64,000 nucleotides of DNA from Vicugna vicugna (lineage: Eukaryota), in the NCBI GenBank assembly GCA_013265495.1, contig MU058289.1, positions 1,423,451-1,487,450 on the forward strand, in the 5' to 3' direction. The notes beneath the pieces are model-generated. The model searched no databases and had not been told where the DNA came from. It saw only the letters and a list, made by a program, of their open reading frames with translations. The position numbers and the translations under genes were made by a program. Shown here in pieces: positions 1-37,400 of this stretch (position 1 is its first letter; every line of letters begins with the position of its first letter).

Positions 1-376
1 CCTACTTTATAAAAAGAATTACCCAAGCATCCAGCCAGGAGTGACTAGTCACCCTTGATCTAGGCCAAGAATTCACCCAAAAGAGACAATCTTAATGTGG
101 TTTTAAAAACTATCCAGTGAACAAAAGTATACAATCCCTCCAAGGTCACAGGGGTGAGGAATGGAAGAAGATGGAGAAGAGATTTGATTATAGAGGCCAA
201 GTTGCCCCGTTAACTTTGTGCAGCACCTCACCCACTTCCTCCTCAAGAGACCACCCTCCACTCTGGATCTGCTCAAGACTCAGTGCACACCGCTCTTCCT
301 TCTAGGCACCCCATCTCCTGCAGAGAGCCCCATCTCAGAACAAAGAGGCTAAGTCTCCAACCTCCTTTGTGGCATC

Positions 377-382
377 TTTATT
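377..382 (-). terminator. GPI: GPI polyadenylation signal AATAAA
   Basis: TTTATT on + strand, about 250 nt downstream of the stop codon. Confidence 0.75.
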
Positions 383-634
383 TTTCTGCCTGGTATATGA
401 ACAATGAACATGGGTCAGGAAAAGCAGCTGCACTGAAACACGTCAGCCAGTTGTAAAACAGAAGGGGCGTGGACATGGAGAGGGCTGGGGTGGTAATTCC
501 AGACTAGCTTCCCCAAAGGGCTGTGGTCCAAGCCTGAAACCAGAGGGTGCTCTGGGTGGGACCATGCAGTGCAGACTCTGGGCAGGAGAGACAAGAAGGA
601 CTAGTCACAACAAGCACTGCAGCTGGGCATGAGT

Positions 635-25397
<24,763 letters not shown>

Positions 25398-25724
25398 GGC
25401 GAGGGCGGCTGGGAACACGGACTGGGGCGGGCGCCGAAGAGGAAACGCGGCGGGCGGCGCGCGGCAGGCAGAGGCCAGGGCCGCGCAGCGGAATTTATGG
25501 CGCAGGCGCCCGGCCCCGCCCCGCGCCCGGCCCCGCCCCCCCCCCGCCAGGCAGACAGCGCCCGCGGGGCCACCTGGCCAAGCAGCCAGCCATGGCTGGG
25601 GATCCCAGCTCGCCTCTCCTTGCCACTCGGCGGCTACTTACACTGCGGCTCTGCCGACCTCTGCCTAGGAGTGACTGGGGAACAGAGGCCGAGCTCCCCA
25701 GGCCCCGGCCTGCTTCATTAGTTC

Positions 25725-26700
25725 GTTCATTCATTCATTTAACACAATTCCTTAGAACACCTTCTGTGTTACAGGTGGTGCCCCAGCTGGTGCGGGCGTA
25801 TAGGTAAGTGACAAGTAACACACATGGCATGCCCGATGCAGGTCAGTGCAGCTGAGAAAAGGAAAGCCAGAAAGGGTGCTCAGAGTAGGGGTTGCAATTT
25901 TGAATAGAATGGTCAAGTCAAAACTCACTCATGAAGTGACATTTGAGCAAAAATCTGAAGAAGGTTGAGGAAGCCAGCCAAAAGGAAGAGCAGCTGCAAA
26001 ATTGATGAGAAGAGCATGCTTAGCTGTTTCACCAACAGAAGGAGGCAAGTGTGGCTGGAGAGCAGTGAATGAGGGGAGAGTGAGAAAGGCGGTCAGACAG
26101 GGAAGGAAGGCAACAAGATCACATGGACCTTGTAAGTCAGTGAGAACTTTGGTTTTTATTCCAAGAGAGATGGAAAACTGTTGAAGGGTTATAAGCAAAG
26201 GAGGGTCATCATCTGACATGTTTTTACAATTGATTAGACCAATAATTCTGTAGGAATGGAAGTAAGAACAGATAGGAGGCTACAGCAATAACGCAGGCCG
26301 AGAATGAAGATGTCAAGGTAGCAGGAGTTGGACACGGTGATCTAATATATTGAGCAAAGAAATAATAGTAAAGAAAAAGAACCATCAATGATGACATCCA
26401 GTTTTTCACCTGAGTTCCAGGAAAAATGGGATTGTCACTGCATTTAGGAGAAATGCAAATTTCAGAGGTAAGATCATGATCTCATTTTTTGACATGTTAA
26501 GTTCTCAAAACCTATTAGACATTTAAACGGAAGCATTGAGTATTCATGTCTGGAGTATAAGGAGAGACGGTTTGAGCAGGAAGAAAACCTTGGGAGTCAT
26601 GAGTGAATAGATAGCATTTGAAGTCATGAGCCTAGATGAGAGTCTGGGTGAGAGGGAGTAAACACAGTCAGAGAGGAGAAGACGTCCAAGAACCAGGCAC
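25725..26700 (-). mobile_element. L2 LINE fragment
   Basis: (TTCA)n tail at 25726-25740; GAAGTGACATTTGAGCA, GACATGTTAAGTT and other L2-like segments. Confidence 0.65.
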
Positions 26701-28546
26701 CAAACTGAGCTTCTGCATCATCTGGTTCCCCCAGAAAGGCCATCCCTCCGGGAGTGTACCCTGTCCTGCTGCAGTCTCAGGCCTAGATCTTCCTCTGGTT
26801 CCCCTCCCAGCGTCATGAGGTCACTGTCACCTTTGGCCTCTGCAAATGGCTTTTCTCTCTCTGCCCAGAATTATTTGAGTTCCTAAAGATAAAGAAGGAA
26901 AAAAGAGACTGGCCAAAGGCTGAAGAAATGAATGGTCAAAGGACTTTGCAGGGAACAGCCATGTCCATATGGCCCTTGTTTACCCAGAATTTTGGGTCAA
27001 CTATCAACTCTGAGATTTAACTGGTCTTCCCATACCTGGCAGCATACTGACAGTGCTGAACAGCATCTGTTCTCCTAGAGTTTCTGAGAAACACTCCAAC
27101 TAGAGTTTTCTGTCCAAGCCAGTTACTTCTCCGCCTAGAACAGAACTTCCACTCCTCAATCCTGTGTTTCAGAACAGACCTGCATCCAATAGGAAAGCTG
27201 GTCTCAGCAGCCATTGCCCCATCATCCACTTGCTGTATGATTCTAAAGATGACTCTAGCCCAACAGTAACCACTGACTCCCTTTTTCTAGTGGGCTCTTT
27301 TTGGTGATCACAGTGGATGTCCGTTGTCTTTGTCCAAAACCAGTGCCTCCCATGCTCGAGTTCCCTCCCCTCCTCCCCCTGCCTCCCTTATTGCATCAGA
27401 GGTGAACACATGACCTAAGCCAGCCAAACAGGGTCCTTTTCTGGGACCTGACCCTAGCAAGAGAAATTCAGTTGTGTTTTTGATTTTATTTTTTTGTGGT
27501 GTTAACTCAGTGTTTTGTAGTGCTAAGCTGCCTTTCTGAAAGGACAGACCTGAGGTTCAGCCCCTAGTCTCAGGGAAAAGCATGGAGAGATTGATCTCCA
27601 GAGAGATGTCAGAGCAAACCTCACAGAGCCCAAGTTCCTGGGGCCAGGCCACCTCTGCCTGCAGCTGGAACATGAATCAGTGATTTCTCTTAGACCTCTG
27701 TGAGTCCCAGCACCTTCACTTATTCCAGATTTCCCAGGTATTCCCGGCTTTCTGCACAATATTTTAAGTTTAACACTGTACTTTGAAATTCCAAAGTTAC
27801 ATGCATTTTCTGTATTAGCAGAAAACCAGATTCCTATCTGGAGAACCATAACTCACAGTGGCAAAAAGAAGTAGCACAGAGGAATATTATAATTAATCGA
27901 AAACCACTCATCATCCAACTACGAACATGGTTACTTTGCTATTCCCTACAGTTTACTCTATGTGGAGTGGAGCTCTGTGCTAAATTCTCTCCTACGTAAT
28001 CCTCAGAGAAGCTCTATGAGGACTATCCTGTTGTCCTCTCCACTTAAGACAGATTAAGGAATCTAAAAATAGCCACTCGGCTACTAAATAGAGAATCAAC
28101 TCAAGGTTACCCCATTCCCAAACTCTGTTCTTAATCACAACCACAACCGGGACAAGGGGAGAGCCTGACTTAGGAAAACAGATGCATAGGAAGTTGGGGA
28201 GCAGGCAATCCCCTCCCTTCTTCCCTACCATACCAGTTCTGTTTTAACATCAGTTAGGCCTTTATGATATTAAGTCTGGAAGACAGGGTAGAATTTTACA
28301 AGCGGTAGTAGCCAAGAATGGCATCTCAAATGGAACGGAGAGCAGCATGGGCAAAGGCAGGAGAATCCACCCACTACATTAACACTGGTCCCCCTGGAAT
28401 GCATCTAAGGATCTGTGCAGGGCAGTAGGGAGAAACCCACCAAGAAAGGTGTAGTAGGAGTGGGTGGGGGAGGAGGCCAGCCTCTCTGATCAAATTTTGG
28501 GGAGTGGAGTGGGATCTGTAGCTTGGAAAAATAATAACAAGGTAAC

Positions 28547-28647
28547 TTTATTTTATTTATTCATTTTTTAAATGGAGGTTCTGGGAATGGAACCTAGGAC
28601 ATCTGCGTGCTAAGCATGTGCTTTACCACTGAACTATTTCCCTCCCC
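28547..28647 (-). mobile_element. tRNA-derived SINE (Vic-1-like)
   Basis: Reverse complement of the same SINE; approximate TSD AAC(A/G)AGGTAA(C/T)TTTA. Confidence 0.8.
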
Positions 28648-28959
28648 GCGAACGAGGTAATTTTATATTCTGACAAGTTAAACCTGTTTCCTATCATTAT
28701 CATCAGGATCATTAACACATGATGTGCCAAGCTCTGTCTGCAAACCTCAGAGTATGGGGTTCAGAATCCTGGGGATCCTGTGGGCAGTGAAGTTCTCAGG
28801 CTCATGTGCAACCAGACCAGGGGCTGACAAACACTATTCAAAGAAAACCTGGCTCAGAAAGTCCAAAAGACTCTGCTCCAGTGCCGCGCAACTTCAAGTG
28901 CCTTCAGCAAAATGGTTTGACCCCAAATGGACTTAAGTGTGGACTTAGGCCAGGCCTTA

Positions 28960-29560
28960 ATTCGGGCCGCCAGCCAGGGGTCAAGGCAGGACCTGGAAAC
29001 CAGAGGATGACCTCGACAAGGGCGGAGGGAAGTTCGGGGAGAGGGCGGCGGCAGTTCTGGGGCCTGAGTTGAAGGAAATTTGTGTGGGGTGGTACACGCG
29101 ATGGATTTTCGCGAGCCCCACAGAAGGTGCTGAGTCACGGTGACCAGGAAAGGGCAAAAAATCGCGGCTCGCGGGAACTTGGGAGCCCTCCCGCCGCTCG
29201 CCCCAATCTCCGGAGGGGCGGTGCGCACGTGGGTACGCGCAGGGAAGGCGGGACCAGCGCAGGTAATGAGGGGGCGGGGATGCGCACTCGTCTGCGTGTG
29301 GGCGCGCACGTCGGGGGAGCACGTGTGCGCATGTCCCCGCTCCCGGACCCGCGCAAGAGGCAGAGGGAATTCGCAGACGCCTCTGCCCGCACGTCTGGGA
29401 TGGAGTAGTGTGCGCGTGTGCGCATACTCCGAGTGGGGGCGGACTGCGCGTGCGCATACGAGGGGTCGCGGAAGGAGGAATCAGCGCCCCCCCGGAGGTT
29501 CCGAGTTCGTGCTATGTTGTGGTGGTAGCCCGCGCAGCCCTTTTGTGGCTTTGGAATGTT
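28960..29560. promoter_or_regulatory. Distal CpG island between the GARRE1 3' end and GPI (candidate alternative promoter/enhancer)
   Basis: CpG-dense; NRF1 consensus TGCGCGTGCGCA 29445-29456; CACGTG at 29226 and 29320; GC boxes. Confidence 0.75.
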
Positions 29561-31829
29561 GCCCAGATTTTTCCTGTAAATCCACCGTTAGGTCTTTAAA
29601 AAAATTTCCCCACCGCACATGGGTGTGGGTTCCCACCAGTATAGAAAACTATACTAGTGAAGAGCTGCGTAGTCCCTCCTTGCAGCCCTAGTAGAAACTC
29701 TGGTCATCATGTATTCTTTCAGTACGCTGTGAGATCCGATTTGCCTTGAGTCTAATTCTATTTTTTGCTCTGTATTAGAATTTGCCTTTGGCCCCAGCAA
29801 CACCTCGTTTTGTCTGGCTTATTTGGAGTTGCTTCACGCCGTTCTGCACCCTGCACATACGGCCGTGAGCAAGACTAGCTTCTTCCTCTCCTGAGGCTTG
29901 GTTCTGATGAGAGGGACATATGCAAACATGATTTCAGTGGAGTCTAAGTGCTGTAGTGAAAAACAAAAGCTGGGAAAAGGCTGGGCTCTGGCTCAACAGA
30001 ACTGATGGAGAGGCCAAGGCCAGGTGGGCATCAGGTGAGGCTTCCCCGAGGTAGCAGGGGTGTGCAGGAAACCCTGAGGCCTGACAAGGAAAGGCAGGAG
30101 ACAATGTGAGGACCAAATTGATGGCAGTGGAGATGTAAAATCACGGTGAGATTTAAATGTGCTTGGAGATACACTTGGAGGACTTAAGTGAATGAAGAGA
30201 GTAAAGAAAATTAAGAATGTCTCCTAGGATTTCTGCCTGAGCAACTGGGTGAATGGATTGTGGTACCTCTTACCAAGAATAGGAAAGAGGGGGTTGTCTT
30301 CTCTAAAAAGACTGTGTTTTACGGGCAGAGATTGCATCTTTGTAACCCTGGCAAGGGCCTTGCCCCTAGGTGACAACAGTGAATGTTGAAGGGAACATGA
30401 CACTCCTGAAACAATCCTTCCTCCTTACATAGGCCCACATCCAGTCCCCCTCACAGACAAGCAGAGGCCTGGGCCCAGCCAGCGTGCCCTTGTGGAATCA
30501 TAAGGCTAGCTGTGTGTGTTACTTCCAGGATCCTGCCCCTGGAGGTTCCTCAGACTCCCAGGCACATGATTGGGAGCCTGACTGTCAGACTGTCCACTTA
30601 CATGGCTTTTTGGCAGTCAACGAGCTGGCCTTTCGAAGGGTTTATTTCTTGTCTCCAGATCAGGAAGCAGATCACAGGAGGGGTCACAGTGCACAGAGCC
30701 ATCCTTCTGCGGCATCATGGTTGGGATGCAGTGTTACAGCTACACCCCTACAGCTGGATGCCCCACTCTCCCGGGATCCCCTAGGTGGAAAAGAGGGTCA
30801 CCAGCCTCATAAGGACCTCATCTGCCCGTATGTCCTCCACTTCTCAGCTGGGCCGGAGACTCCAAGGACCATCTTGGGGCTCAGGTGAACATCCATTCTG
30901 TTTCCATTCCCACCCATTCAGCACAGAGCAGGGGCTGCAGAACTCTTCTGTCCCTACCACTGTTGTGAATCAAGTCAGTGAACAGCAACCAGGTAGTGGT
31001 GTTACACAGGAACACATCTGAATAAAATGTGTTTTTCTGTCTAGCATTTTAATATGAACTTCCGGTGTATTCCTTAGTATACTCATGCACCACGGCTGTC
31101 TTAAGCAACCTTATCCTGAGGTGCACTTAGAAGGTGCTGGGACTTAGCTCAGCTTCTGGGTGTCTCAGCAGAAAGAAGCCTGAGTGGTACTTTTACTGGT
31201 AGGTTATACATTAATGCCCCCTTACTCCATTTTCCTAGTTCATGAAAAAAGTTTCAATCAAGTGCTGTCTTGATGTAAATGAAAATGAGCTGAAATTCCC
31301 CTGTAACCCCCACCCCTACTTTTATGGTTCCTATTTTACAGTCTTTCCTTTTGCATAGCAGGGTGTCATCATCCAGTGAGACTGGGCCTTCCTGTCCCTG
31401 TGAGGGAGGGTCTCTCTGCCACAAAGTGGGTCCCTGGCAGAGTTGGGGGAGACCTCATCCCTGGGTCTGCTCCTTGGAAAGGCTGCTGGGCAGTTCACAA
31501 GTGCCCATGCTTGGTGGAATGTGCTTGCTAGCAGACCACAACCCAAGGGGAAAGTGTGTATCCTTCCAGGTGGCCTCCTTCACGACACTGGCTCTGCCCA
31601 CACAGAGGCCTCCTCCAGCTCTGGCCTTAGGAAAGACAGCAGGAGAGGTGTGACAGGTTGCCATGCTTCCTGCCCACCCACCCTAGCTCATCTCAGTGGT
31701 GTAACCCTTGCAAGGGCTCAGAAGCAGAGGACAGGCTGACCTAAAAACCAACTCGGGAGCAGCTTTTCAAAGTGAGGAATCAGATAAGGCTTCTGACATG
31801 GTATCTGCTGCAGTTCATTTTAAACAGAG

Positions 31830-34150
31830 ATACAAAAAATTATTAAATGTATATTTTTAATAAAGCCAATAGTTATTTTACTTATAGGAGCTTTAAAAGT
31901 AAGATACAAAATGTAGAGTTCCAGTTTGGAAGCGTTGTAACTAGTCACACGATGTCCTGCTGATGTCCGAGCAAGGCAGCCACGCCCGGCCATGCAAAGG
32001 ACACACACACTCACACATGCACACACATGCGCTTTGGCGAGACCCCTCTGCCGAGCGCAGCACCTGGAATAACCAGTGTTCAGAGCAAGGCGGTGCTGAG
32101 AACACAGCACCTACAAAGAGACCACACAAACAGCTTCACCCAGTCTCACAGCCCATGGAGATGCAATTACAAAATGTCTTCCTTAATCGAGAAAAACAGA
32201 CTGCAAAGTGGCAATTAGCAATGTCGATGTCACCTGTGCTGGAGCATCAAGGACCGACCTCTGTCCAGGGTGAGGTCTTTGGGGAGGCACTATTAAAACA
32301 AGGGTACTTCCGGATAATAGAACTCGAAATACAGGGGACTGCAGACACATTACTGAAGGAAGTAGAAAACTATCTTACAAGTAAAACAGCCACGGACAAC
32401 TTCAACAGAGATTAGTGCACACACTGTGACAGCTAACACGGACAAGAGCCACGCAGGGTTGGTGCAAAGCACGTGCCTGAAAGAGTCTATGTACAAAACA
32501 GTTTTCTGTAAACATGGTGAGGTGAATGTTCAGAACCCACGGGGAAAGGATCATGAGTACAGGCAGCAATGGCATCCCCACACAGCACAAAAGACAACAC
32601 CCGAGGCCTGGAAACAGCCTGGCAACACAGTACTAAAACTTTAGATGGCTGGGCTCAGACACTAAGGGTCCTCTATAATTAGTGTGTATACATACATATA
32701 TATATATATTCTTTTTGGTTTTTTTAAATATAAATTTACTTATATCCGTAGAAAAATGAGAACGTAACTGTGTTATTACAATCTCTGCTGGAAAAGCTTT
32801 ATGGAGTTAGAAAGAATAAACCATTTATTAGTAGTTAACATATATTAAAATGGTTTAATGATTTAAGAAAATATAAAAAAAATATTAATACTGTCAAACT
32901 TTCATACCAGAAAATATTATGGATTTTTCTCAATTAGACTTTTCAAAGATGAAATATGAAAAATTTAAATAAGTTTTATATAAAGAACTTCTGTAACCTC
33001 AATTAATATACAGTGGGATATGTCTATTCTATATAGATATATTTATTATTTCTCAATTTAAGCACCATTCAATTCTTCTGGATCCATTCTGGCTGGAAGA
33101 TACCCCTAAATCCACAGGATGTTATCTATTTAATAGCACATGTTAACTGAAAATGAGGTGGTTTTTTGTCTTTGTTTCTTTTTTTAAAGAAAAGCCTTTT
33201 AAATTAGTTCCTATCCACAACTTAATTGGTTTGTCTTGAGCCAGCTCACAACGTTACTGCAGTTTCAAATGCAGGTGTCTCTCTGCAGCCCCCTGACCAC
33301 ACCCCCACATTTGGAGACTGTGTCGAAGCCTCTGGCCACGTGTGGAAGGACCTGAGGGCGGAAGGTGTAACTTTATCCCGTACTCAGACAGCAGCCAGCG
33401 GGCGCATCTCCACACACCACCAGGAATACGCCTCTGACGTCAGTTTTATCATCCTGCTTGCGTCAATCCGGTAAAGGTTGCACCCCTTGGGTGCTGCTGG
33501 GATGGCGAGGGGCTGTCCCCCTATAGAAAACTCAGATGACTGCTTCTGATCACAAATATCCTATACTTCACCCAGTTTGTGTAAGCTTAAATAAAGATAG
33601 TGTTGAACAGACCTCCAGCCACTGTATGTTATCTTAAAATATTCAATGCATTTTAGGCAGGAGATGTTTTAACTAAAAACCTACATGAAAAATAGCTATA
33701 AAATACAGTGATTGGTGTGGTCATCACTCAACATGTTGAGGGGAAGAGGAGGGTGTCAGAAGAATGGTCAGTTTTGCTCTCAGCATTCAGGCCTGATGCC
33801 TTCCCAACACACACAGTGGGACTACAAACTTGAGAGCTGTGTTTCTCAAAGTGTGGCCTGTGGCCCACCTGCATCAGAATCACCAGAGGTGCTTATTAAG
33901 CTCGAAGATCCCCCAGCATCTCCCTGAAGAGGGCCAGAAACCTCCATCTTCAGCTGGCCCTCCAGGGGTCTGATGCCTCCAAAATTTTGAGAAGCCAGGC
34001 CTTAAAGATTTGGAGAGCTGCCAACCACCCCCATCCCCAAGGATCCCTGCCTGGGACAGGGGTGCACTGGTCCTCTGGGGGGCTGTGCCAGCTAGTCAGC
34101 CCTAGGGCAGGGACACTGGCCCCAACAGCTCTAGGCAGGCAGGCCCTGGG
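31830..34150 (-). other. GARRE1: Probable GARRE1 3'UTR ending at ATTAAA (31856-31861)
   Basis: Follows the stop codon; AU-rich blocks; ATTAAA followed by a U-rich tract. An alternative AATAAA lies at 32824-32829. The end point is inferred. Confidence 0.6.
33835..34000. mobile_element. MER5-like hAT MITE in the GARRE1 3'UTR
   Basis: GTGTTTCTCAAAGTGTGG...GCATCAGAATCACC...TTTGAGAAGC. Confidence 0.6.
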
Positions 34151-34459
34151 TCAGTACTGGGGCAAGTAGGCCGGCCTTCGCTCAGCCTTCCCAGGGAAGG
34201 CCTTGAAGCCCTTGGGTGCTGCCTTGTGTGCTGGTGCGGGAGGGGGCTGCGGTGGGGTCTGCACGTAGGTGAAGGAGGCGGCGCTGCAGTCGCTGGTGGC
34301 AGCCCACACTGGGGACTGCAGCATCTGCATGGTGTCGTTCCACTGGCTGCCGGGGCTGGCGACTGCATAGAGTGGTGAGCTCGGGCCAGGAAGGGTGCCA
34401 GGCAGCGGGGAAGGGTGTTGCCAGGGGGCTTTGGGCGGCCACGTTTTGGTTTTGTTATC
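34151..34459 (-). CDS. GARRE1: GARRE1 last coding exon
   Basis: DNKTKTWPPKAPWQHPSP...RPAYLPQY* (TGA at 34151-34153); 309 nt. Confidence 0.94.
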   Translation of the reverse strand, partial: DNKTKTWPPKAPWQHPSPLPGTLPGPSSPLYAVASPGSQWNDTMQMLQSPVWAATSDCSAASFTYVQTPPQPPPAPAHKAAPKGFKAFPGKAERRPAYLPQY

Positions 34460-37400
34460 CTGAGAGACAGAAGAGGGTTCTTAATGGCATTTCTGGAGAT
34501 TTATCATCTTTTCCCACCTCCCCAGATCTCTGGTCCTTACTCTCACTGAGGAAACAGGGTGAGAGCCCAGCCTTCCCCACAGTCCTGGAGCAGCACCATC
34601 CAACAGAACTTGCGACCACAGAAATGTTCTCTGTCTGCACCACCCAGTACAGTCGCTGCTCACTGCATGTGGCTAGTGCAACTGATTTATTTATATTTAA
34701 ATTATATTTACTCTTCATTTATATTTAATTAGTTTCAATTTAAACAGCCACATGCGGCTAATGGCTGTCATACTGGACAGCACAGCCCCAGAGCTTCCTC
34801 TGCAAGTGGCTCTCAGTCAGCTAAGACGGCTAATCATTTAGACAAAGGAAAAAAAACTTCATTGCAAAGAACGCCTCATTGCTTTGAGGCCCTCTTCAAA
34901 CATAAGCTGTGGAACCCTGTTCAAGGTCTGTACCCATAAAGCCAGCCCTCCTTGGCCAGAACAGGGCCCCAGTACCTGGTTCACATCCTCCACTGTAGTG
35001 AGAAGAGGCGGCGAGGGCAGCGTGCTGGTCTCCTGCTCTCCACTGCTGTGCTTCCTGGAAGAACCGAGAGCTCACTGCAGGCCGGCCCGGCCTCCCGCCC
35101 AGCTTCCCTGCGGGGACACCCTAGCTGCTTGGCTCGGGTGCCTCCAGACGCTGGTTCTCAGTGGGGAGGGGACTAAGGTGGGTCTCCATGGGACGCTGCG
35201 CTGCCGGGGGCAGTCACGGGCTGGGCTGGGGGTGGGGCAGGAGGACGGGCACTGGCCGTTTCAGCTGCTCTCTGAGTCCACCAGCTCTGGCCTTTTCATT
35301 TATCCAACAGATACAGATGACTGTTTACCATGCACTGAGGATGTGTGACTCAAAAACAAAAGGCTGTTAGTTTTACTACTAACATGGAAAAAATTTGTTA
35401 TAATGTTGAATGAAAAAGGAGGACGCAGCAGGCACAGAGCTTGGTGAGTCCGCGGCGTGGTGCTCCCGCATGCAAACAGCAGTCTCTGCGAAATGGTGCT
35501 ACAGGTGACTCCCTAGACGTCTAGTTGGCCACTCTCATTTCCCGTGTCTGAATAGAAGACTTCCACCCTCCTGAGGTTCAGTCCTGCTCCCCTGCTATCC
35601 TCCCCGTCTCGGTCCACGGCACCCTGTCCCACACAGATGCTCAGGCCAAAACCTTGAGTCTCACCCTTGATTCTTCTCACATATCCCATTACCAGTTCCT
35701 CACCAGCTGATCCATCTTTTTGCTCAGCTTTCTCCTCACAGAGGCCTCCCTGACTCCCATTTGGAACACAGAAAATCCACCTGTCCCCTGCATTCTCTGC
35801 CCTCTGCTCTATTTTTCTTCCTAGCACCTAACCCAAACTGGCATATTTAGGTTTGTTTTTTTAATCAGTCTTTCTTCAAAAAGAATGTAAGTTCTATGAG
35901 GAAGGGGACTCTTGCTTGCTGCTATATCACCAGTGCCTGGTACGTGATCAGTGCTACTGAATAAATGAATGTGTCCCCCCACTGTCTAAAGGCCTATGTT
36001 GAAGTCTTAACTCCCAGTGCCTCAGAATGTGACTGTACTTAGAGATGAGATGTTTAAACGATTAATTAAGTTAAAATGGAGTCATTAGGGTGGGCTCCAA
36101 TCCAACATGACTGGCGTCCTTGTAAGAAAAGAAGATGAGGACACAGACACACACAGAGGGAAAACCATGTGAAGACGCAGGGAGAAGATGGCTGTCTGCA
36201 AGCATGGGAGAGAGGCCTCAGAAGAAACCAACCCTGCTGACACCTGGATCTTAGATTTCTAGCCTCCAGAACTGTGAGAAAATAAATTTTTGTTAAGTCC
36301 CCTAGTCTGTGGTTCTTTGATGTGTTAGCCCTAGCAAACAGAGTGTTTGTAAGAATTATGTGAGAAAATGTACGTGAACACTGAGCCCAGGGCCTGGCAC
36401 CCTAGCCTGTATGAGCAGTCATCGGCATCACCACCGTGGCTCCCCTGTGCATCCTGACTTGGGTACCCTTCTGTCTTCATCTACCTGCTCTCCGCTGCAT
36501 ATCCAGTGAAGCCTGACCCCATCACACGGGGCCATTGTGACCTGGCCTCCCTCCCTTCCCACTCCACAGCATGACTTCTGGTGCCCAGGTGGCCTGCACC
36601 CTCTCCATCCTGCCCACGAACTTTCGACTACCACCTCTGGGCCTCCACTTCCTCACACCCATAACAGTCTCTGCACTGCTTTCTGAACAAATTCTTCGTA
36701 TTTCAGGGCCTAGCTTAACTTTTGTGACTACTTTTGAAAACTTCTTAGATGTGAATATACTATATAACTCTTTTTTTCAACTTTGAAGCACTGAATGGCC
36801 ATTCAGAGGTCATTTTATCCAGTTCCTCCTTTGAAAAAGAAACTTCAGTGTCAGAGAGGGCCAGGCCCATGTTTGGAGTTGCAAAGCCTGTTGGTGAGTC
36901 CTGATTAGAACTCAATTGTCCTGGTCCTGCTCCTCCCAGGGAAAGGGCTGCCTCCTGCAAGGCACAGACTAGCATCAGCAGACCCTGTTCTCCAGAATAC
37001 TTCCTTGCCTGTCATACTGGTATTTTTGGCTGCCACTTGCATGAGACTGTTCTGTCAGCAAAAACTCAACTCAACATTAAGTCCCCTGGGCTACAGGTCT
37101 GCATGGTAGCCCCACACAGGCCTCCTCAAAACAGTACTGGAAGAGGCCCTCTGCCTCTAACACACACTGATGGGGAGTGACAGGGCTCCTGAGCTTTCTA
37201 GAGGAATGAGCTCTGGATCACATTCAGGTGCCCCGCTGTCCTTTGGTTTAAAAATTGCTTCATACCTTCTCTGCTTCACAGCAGCAACGAGGTCAGGCCC
37301 TGAAAACATGGAGAACAGGCTGTCCCCGTTGGCAGAGGATGTCTCATCACTCGAGCTGGCTGAGTCTCCCTGAGCACCCGACCAGCCGCTGTGCAGGCCA

